Source: Acidobacteriota bacterium (GTDB lineage Bacteria; Acidobacteriota; UBA890; WLXD01). Taken from it: a stretch of 64,000 nucleotides of DNA. The stretch lies in the NCBI GenBank assembly GCA_965248695.1, contig CBDFKD010000002.1:1696001-1760000 (forward strand), read 5' to 3'. A program made the translations under genes and the position numbers. Below are positions 58,557-64,000 of the stretch, piece after piece. The notes beneath the pieces are model-generated. The model worked only from the letters and a program-made list of their open reading frames with translations. It did no database searches and had not been told where the DNA came from. Position 1 is the stretch's first letter. Each line of letters opens with the position of its first letter.

Positions 58557-60002
58557 TTAGCGGCGATACCCGGCACGGACGCGCTTCACCAGCGTCCCGC
58601 GCTCGATACGCGTGCCGGCATCCACGCCGTTCAACAGCAGCAGGGTGCCGAGGCTCGCCGCCGGTCCCGCATCGACGAATGAAGAGAGCGTACCGGATTG
58701 CGGCGCCGCAAATATCTGCAATCGGTCCGGCTGGTAGCGGTCTGCCTCGCTCCGAGGTAGCCGTCGGAAGCTGTGCTGCCAGCGATCGATGGTGCGCGCG
58801 TGGCGCTCGAAGGCCTCGGCGCGACCGTAGCCGATGAGGTCGTAGACGAGATCTCCCAGCCGCACGAAGACGTCGGTGGCACGGACCGCGATCTCGTTGC
58901 TGATGGCGCCATACCGTACTCTGTACGCTGGTATCCCGCCCACCGAAGTGGCCGCGCCATTTACCGAGGTCGCCGAACGCGCCTGCATTCCGGCGTTGAC
59001 GTGCGCCTCTAGGCTGTCGCCCTGCATCGGACCGGCCGTCAGCCCCGCGATCACGTCGCCGCTCTCCGGCGCGGCCACCACCGCGCGCTTGCCGTTCTCC
59101 AGCGCCCAGTCGCCGGGGAAGTCCACCTGAAACAACAGCTCCGGATGCTTGAATGTCCCGTTGACGATCACTCCCTGTCGCGGGTTCGGGCCGAAGACCA
59201 TGCCATCGAGCCGGCGCAAGTGGGCGTCGCGACCGATCTTCAGATCATCGCGGCCGGCGACCAGCGGACCCGAGCTCTGTAGCACGCGCTCGATGCGGTT
59301 CTCAGGATCCGGGTGGGTAGACAGCCACGCTGGAAGCCGCCCTCCGCCGGCGGCAGACAGCGCCGAGATCGTCCGAAAGAACGCCGCCAGCGGCCGCGGG
59401 TCGAACCCGGCTTCCACCGCGTACCGAACACCGAGCTGATCCGCTTGGAGCTCGTCGTCGCGACCGAACTTCAGAAACAACAGACCGACGCCAGTCTGTA
59501 GGATCCCGCCCAGAGCACGTACCTCCGACGACAGCACGCCGCCGACTCCCAGCCCGATCTGCGCCAGCGACGCACCCGTGTAGCGCTGCGCTCCGTGGCG
59601 CGCGGTGACATGGCCGATCTCATGGCCGAGCACCCCGACGACCTCAGCCTCCGAGTTCATGTATGCGAGGATGCCGCGCGTCATATAGATGTAGCCACCT
59701 GGGAGGGCGAAGGCGTTGACAATGGTGTCGTCGATGACGCGAAACTCCCAGGGCAACTGCGGCCGCTCACTCGCCGCGGCCATCGAGCTCGCCGCCTGCT
59801 CCATCCAGGCTGCTAGCTCGGGGTCGTCATAGAGGCCGTACTCCTGGACGACGAGGGCGTCATTTTCGCGCCCCAGTTCGACCTCCTGGTTCTCCGACAG
59901 CAGCATCAGCTCGCGCCGGCCGGTCACCGGATTGACCGCACAGGCCAGCGCTGCCAGCGCGGCCAGCAGCACCATCGGCGCTAGACCGACGAGCCGCTTC
60001 AT
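58557..60002 (-). CDS. M48 family zinc metalloprotease lipoprotein
   Basis: LAC lipobox, NAFALPGG, HEIGH, ELQAD, STHP. Confidence 0.92.
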   Translation of the reverse strand: MKRLVGLAPMVLLAALAALACAVNPVTGRRELMLLSENQEVELGRENDALVVQEYGLYDDPELAAWMEQAASSMAAASERPQLPWEFRVIDDTIVNAFALPGGYIYMTRGILAYMNSEAEVVGVLGHEIGHVTARHGAQRYTGASLAQIGLGVGGVLSSEVRALGGILQTGVGLLFLKFGRDDELQADQLGVRYAVEAGFDPRPLAAFFRTISALSAAGGGRLPAWLSTHPDPENRIERVLQSSGPLVAGRDDLKIGRDAHLRRLDGMVFGPNPRQGVIVNGTFKHPELLFQVDFPGDWALENGKRAVVAAPESGDVIAGLTAGPMQGDSLEAHVNAGMQARSATSVNGAATSVGGIPAYRVRYGAISNEIAVRATDVFVRLGDLVYDLIGYGRAEAFERHARTIDRWQHSFRRLPRSEADRYQPDRLQIFAAPQSGTLSSFVDAGPAASLGTLLLLNGVDAGTRIERGTLVKRVRAGYRR

Positions 60003-60601
60003 CGATCGTTGCTGCCCGTCATCGGTTCCGGCGGTGTCCTGCCCCAGATCGCCTCGGACAGCTCGGGGTCGGTCTCGGCGAGTCGTTCCGAGGCCAGCGC
60101 CGTCAGCTGATGTGGAAAGACGGGTCTATCGGCGACAGCGTGGAGGTAGTAGTGAGGACCCACGATGAAGGCGCGACGCTCGGGGCGGTAGTACACGGCC
60201 GCCACCCGGATTTCCGGCGTATTGCGGCGCGCGCGCCGCCGCAGGTACTCGATCACCTCATACATCGTCCGCCCGGTGTCGAACAGGTCGTCGACGATCA
60301 ACATCTGATGCGCAGACTCCACCTCGTCGATCACGTGCTTGAGGCCGCGGATGTCGTACCCGTCTCCTTGGGCCACTCCCTCCAACGACTGCGTTCGAAT
60401 CGCCGTGTGATAGAATTCATGGCCCTGACAGCGGAACAACTCGTGGATCGCGATACCGGGTGGAGTACCTCCGCGCCAAAGCGCGACGAGGAAGTCTGGC
60501 CGATACCCATCGTCCCAGATGTTCTTGGCAAGGCGGAAGCAGTCGGCCAGGTAGTCGTCGGGATCCAGAGGAGTGGACGCCTGGGTGTCGCTCATCGTCA
60601 C
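59999..60601 (-). CDS. Type I phosphoribosyltransferase
   Basis: LWRGG, LIVDDLFDTGRT PRPP-binding motif, VFP. Confidence 0.88.
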   Translation of the reverse strand: MTMSDTQASTPLDPDDYLADCFRLAKNIWDDGYRPDFLVALWRGGTPPGIAIHELFRCQGHEFYHTAIRTQSLEGVAQGDGYDIRGLKHVIDEVESAHQMLIVDDLFDTGRTMYEVIEYLRRRARRNTPEIRVAAVYYRPERRAFIVGPHYYLHAVADRPVFPHQLTALASERLAETDPELSEAIWGRTPPEPMTGSNDR

Positions 60602-61338
60602 ATAGCCGAAGGCGGTGGGGGTAGCCGGGGCGGACGGAGCTTGTGAGCGTTGGAGCGACGTCGCGATTCAACGCGCTCGCGCAGGCCCTCATCATCGAGA
60701 CTGCCCAGTACATACTCTTCCAGCTGCTCGTAGGTGAATCCGAGCTCCTTTTCGTCGGTCTGACCGCGCCAGATTTCCGCCGAAGGCGGCTTGACGACGA
60801 TCTCGGTCGGGACTTCCAGGTGCTCCGCGAGCGCCACCACCTCGCTCTTGACCAGGTGTCCCAAGGGGAGCAGATCAACCCCTCCATCGCCGTACTTGGT
60901 GAAATAGCCGAGAGACATCTCCGAGCGATTGCCGGTCCCGGCCACCAGATAGCGGAACTTGTTGGCGTGGTAGTAGAGCGCCGTCATCCAGAGTCGCGCC
61001 TTGAGGTTGGCGAGTGGCAGGTCGGGGGTTTCGTCAGGGTCGGGGTCAACCCCCAGCAAGCGAGCGAAGCTCTCATATACGGTATCCAACTCCATCAACT
61101 TGGAGTTGAGCCGAAACTCGTTCACCACCAGAAGTGCATGGTCGATATCCTGCTGGTCCGAGTGCACCGGCAGAATCAACGCCAGGTGCGTCTCCGGAAA
61201 CGCTCGTCGCGCCAGCTGCGCAACCACGGCGGAGTCCACGCCTCCCGACAGGCCGAAAACGATGCCCCGTGCGCTGGCGGACTCGGCCTCGGTTCGTAAC
61301 CACGCGACCAATTGCCCCGCGACCTGCTCAGTGTTCAT
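60598..61338 (-). CDS. nadE: NH3-dependent NAD+ synthetase
   Basis: GLSGGVDS, NLKAR, GTGNRSE, GYFTKYGDG, KPPSA, QTDE. Confidence 0.93.
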   Translation of the reverse strand: MNTEQVAGQLVAWLRTEAESASARGIVFGLSGGVDSAVVAQLARRAFPETHLALILPVHSDQQDIDHALLVVNEFRLNSKLMELDTVYESFARLLGVDPDPDETPDLPLANLKARLWMTALYYHANKFRYLVAGTGNRSEMSLGYFTKYGDGGVDLLPLGHLVKSEVVALAEHLEVPTEIVVKPPSAEIWRGQTDEKELGFTYEQLEEYVLGSLDDEGLRERVESRRRSNAHKLRPPRLPPPPSAM

Positions 61339-61395
61339 CCCCGAATGTTAGGGAGTCACGGCGGTCGGGTCAAAAACGCGGACTTTGCCGGCGGG

Positions 61396-63303
61396 TCAGC
61401 TGACGATCGTATCGATGGCGGCCTGGTCGATGGTCACCGAATAGCTCTCGCGCAGTGACTGGAGATAGGCCTCGAAGAGTCGATTGCGCCGCTCAACCGC
61501 CTGCTGCTCACGCAGCTGCTCCTTTTGTTCGTTGAACAACGCCCAATCCGGTTGCACGTGCTCGGCAACGCGAAACACCACGAACCGATCGTCGATCTTG
61601 ACCGGCCCGCCGGTCTGACCGCCGGCAAGCTCGAAGATCGCTTGCATCAGGTTCGGCGCGCGACCCAATGCCGGGACCACATCTTCACGAGCAACGAGCT
61701 CGCTGGAATCGACCGTGGCGCCTGCTTCCTGGGCGATGGTCTCTAACTCCTCACCGGCCATGAGTCGCTCGCCATACTCGGCGGCGCGCTCGGCGGCGCG
61801 CTCGGCGGCGCGCCGATCGGTCACATCGGAGCGCACTACGACAGCTACGACCTCGAGCTGTGGCGTGTGGGGAGCCACGATCTCATCGACGCGAAACACC
61901 AGATGACCCCGACGCACCCGGACCGGCTCGGCGACGCGGCCCGTGCCGAGAGCGAAGATCCTGCCCGTAAGATCGATGTCGGTGAACTCTCCGAATCCGG
62001 CGTCCTGGGCGAACAATGGGCTGACCTCTACCGTGAGGCCATACTGCTCGGCGACATCGTCCAGCGCCGTGCCGCGCAAGACGTCGCGGCGAATCTGCTC
62101 TGACGTGCTCTCGGCCTGCGCTTCCGCCTGATCCCAGGCGAGCCGTTGCTCGAGCTGACCGCGCACCTCGTCGAGAGGCTGTGCCCGCTCGTCGCGGCGC
62201 TCCTCGACGCGGACGATATGAAAACCGAACGCCGTCTCGACGACCGCCGACGTTTCCCCGGCTTGCAAAGCGAACGCGGCCTCATCGAAGCCTTCGACCT
62301 GTCGGCCACGCGTGACCCAGCCCAGGTCGCCGCCCGCCGCCGACGTCGGGTCATCGGAGACCTCTTGCGCCAGCTCGCCGAAGTCGGCGCCGGCGTTGAG
62401 ACGCTGGAGCACCTCCTCGGCGCGACCGCGGACGCCGGCCTTGTCCTCGTCGCTCGCCGTCGGCGGCACTCGCAGCATGATCTGCCGTGCCTTGATCTGT
62501 TCCTCGATGGTGAACTCGGCGATGCTCGCCTGGTACTCGGCCAGCAGCGCATCTTCGGCAACTTCGACGTTGTTGCGCAGCTCCTCCGTATCGATCAGCG
62601 CGTACGACACGCGCCGCTGCTCGGGCAGCCGGTAGGTGTCAGGTTCGGCCTCGTAGGCAGCCTGGACGTCCGCTTCACTGATCTCGTCGTCGACCTCGAA
62701 ACGGTACGCCGTCGGGCGTATTTGGACGAAATCGAAGCGCACCTTCTCACTCTGGCGCTGATACGCGTCTTGAACCTCGCGATCGTTGACCGCGATGCCC
62801 TCGGTGATCAGCCCGGTCACCCGTTCGACGAGGAGGTCGTCCATGATGGACTCCTCGAAGGACACCACGTCGAGCCCGTTGCGCTGCAGGATGTTTCGAT
62901 ACTCCTCGTCGCCGATCCAACGCCCATCCTCGCGGCGGAAGGCCGGGTACTGCATCATCCGGTCCTTGAGCTCTTGCCGCGCGATCGCGAACCCTTGATC
63001 TTCGGCCGCGGCGACAATCAGCCGACGCCGGATAAGTTGCTCCAGGACGACGCTTTGGAGCTGCATCTGCTGGATAAAGTTGTCCGGCAGCTCACCCTGG
63101 TTCAGGCCGCGGTAGTACTGCATCTGCTCGTTCATGGCGCGCTGAAACTCGGCCGCCTCGATCGGGTCACCGTTGACTCGGGCGACAACGTTCGCAGCAC
63201 CGCTGGTAAACAGGGCGGGCAGGTACAGGGCGATGAACGCCACGATGACCAGCCATAGCGTCCATGACAGGCGGCGCACGTTTCGGCGCAGGGTGTCCAG
63301 CAC
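61396..63303 (-). CDS. ppiD: PpiD-like membrane-anchored chaperone (SurA-N plus parvulin)
   Basis: MLDTLRR plus TM, VARVNG, FGELAQEVSDD, GGDLGW, VETAFGFHIV. Confidence 0.85.
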   Translation of the reverse strand: MLDTLRRNVRRLSWTLWLVIVAFIALYLPALFTSGAANVVARVNGDPIEAAEFQRAMNEQMQYYRGLNQGELPDNFIQQMQLQSVVLEQLIRRRLIVAAAEDQGFAIARQELKDRMMQYPAFRREDGRWIGDEEYRNILQRNGLDVVSFEESIMDDLLVERVTGLITEGIAVNDREVQDAYQRQSEKVRFDFVQIRPTAYRFEVDDEISEADVQAAYEAEPDTYRLPEQRRVSYALIDTEELRNNVEVAEDALLAEYQASIAEFTIEEQIKARQIMLRVPPTASDEDKAGVRGRAEEVLQRLNAGADFGELAQEVSDDPTSAAGGDLGWVTRGRQVEGFDEAAFALQAGETSAVVETAFGFHIVRVEERRDERAQPLDEVRGQLEQRLAWDQAEAQAESTSEQIRRDVLRGTALDDVAEQYGLTVEVSPLFAQDAGFGEFTDIDLTGRIFALGTGRVAEPVRVRRGHLVFRVDEIVAPHTPQLEVVAVVVRSDVTDRRAAERAAERAAEYGERLMAGEELETIAQEAGATVDSSELVAREDVVPALGRAPNLMQAIFELAGGQTGGPVKIDDRFVVFRVAEHVQPDWALFNEQKEQLREQQAVERRNRLFEAYLQSLRESYSVTIDQAAIDTIVS

Positions 63304-63628
63304 GATGACTTACTCCGAGGGATCGCCGGCGGCTTCGAGGCCGCGGAGTGAATGCGGCGGCGGTGGGCGCGGCGACCGTTGTGGTTTCCGTTCGTCGTTG
63401 ACGGGAGGAGATATGGTACCTGTCCGCGGCTCGCCCCGACAAGGTTCGACCCCGTGATACCATTGCGGCGCGTTGCGCTCGGCAAGTGGCGACGGCTTGC
63501 CGCTGGCCCCGGCCTCCCCGTGGCGCGCATTGGATCAAACCGATACCTCCCGTCTGTCCTGCTGCCTGCGGGCGCGACATCGGCCTCCGCTGTCGTGATC
63601 CAGCCGTCAGGACATCGAGTTCTTCTTC

Positions 63629-64000
63629 GTGTTCTCAGCCTTCTCCAACGACATCGCCATCGACCTCGGCACGTCGAACACCCTGGTGTTCATGCGCAAC
63701 AAAGGGGTGGTGGTGCGCGAACCTTCGATCGTGGCGATCAACAAGAACACGAACAGGGTCGAGGCGGTCGGCAAGGAGGCGAAGGAAATGCTCGGCCGGA
63801 CGCCGGGCCATATCGTCGCGGTCCGTCCACTGAAAGACGGCGTCATCGCTGACTTCGAAGTCACCGAGCAGATGCTCTCCTACTTCATCCGTCGAGTGCA
63901 CAATCGGCGCTTCCTGGTACGGCCGCGCATCGTCATCGGTGTCCCGAGCGGCATTACGAAGGTCGAAGAGCGCGCCGTGCGCGACACCGCATACCGCGCC
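63629..64000 (+). CDS. mreB: Rod shape-determining protein MreB (5' part, truncated by window)
   Basis: Manual translation: [49 protein letters not shown]. Confidence 0.95.
   Translation, partial: MFSAFSNDIAIDLGTSNTLVFMRNKGVVVREPSIVAINKNTNRVEAVGKEAKEMLGRTPGHIVAVRPLKDGVIADFEVTEQMLSYFIRRVHNRRFLVRPRIVIGVPSGITKVEERAVRDTAYRA

Noticed and set aside
827-63258. Many long antisense or alternate-frame ORFs (for example 13280-14899, 4611-5816, 62146-63258)
   Set aside because: Shadow ORFs of high-GC coding genes with no recognisable motifs.
1-64000. CRISPR arrays, tRNA or rRNA genes
   Set aside because: No regularly spaced repeats or recognisable structural RNA genes seen by eye. Not tested computationally.

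Overview
High-GC Gram-negative bacterial DNA (secretin, OM beta-barrel, lipoproteins, sigma-54 regulators; taxon not determinable from this window). 1-26.5 kb is mostly metabolic and housekeeping: an internally deleted ilvD with a leader/attenuator, 2-oxoacid:ferredoxin oxidoreductase, a molybdopterin oxidoreductase, a YhaO/YhaN-like nuclease-ATPase pair, pyk, a DtxR-type regulator, a GAF sigma-54 activator and csoR-copA with operator. 26.5-57 kb is a ~30 kb minus-strand type IV filament locus: PilS/PilR-like two-component system, a consensus sigma-54 promoter, an array of nine large GspG-like prepilins (one truncated next to an IS3 element) interleaved with five small excisionase/BldC-like HTH genes, a GldAFG-like ABC module, and an MSHA/T2SS-like assembly operon with a tenth pilin. 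57-64 kb holds a secreted protein, another HTH, an M48 protease, a PRTase, nadE, ppiD and the start of mreB. Best candidate for an undescribed system: the sigma-54-driven pilin-paralog plus HTH-paralog array. Second best: a sigma-54 promoter firing into a GGA-rich, apparently non-coding region behind the GAF activator. All family assignments come from motif recognition, not database searches.
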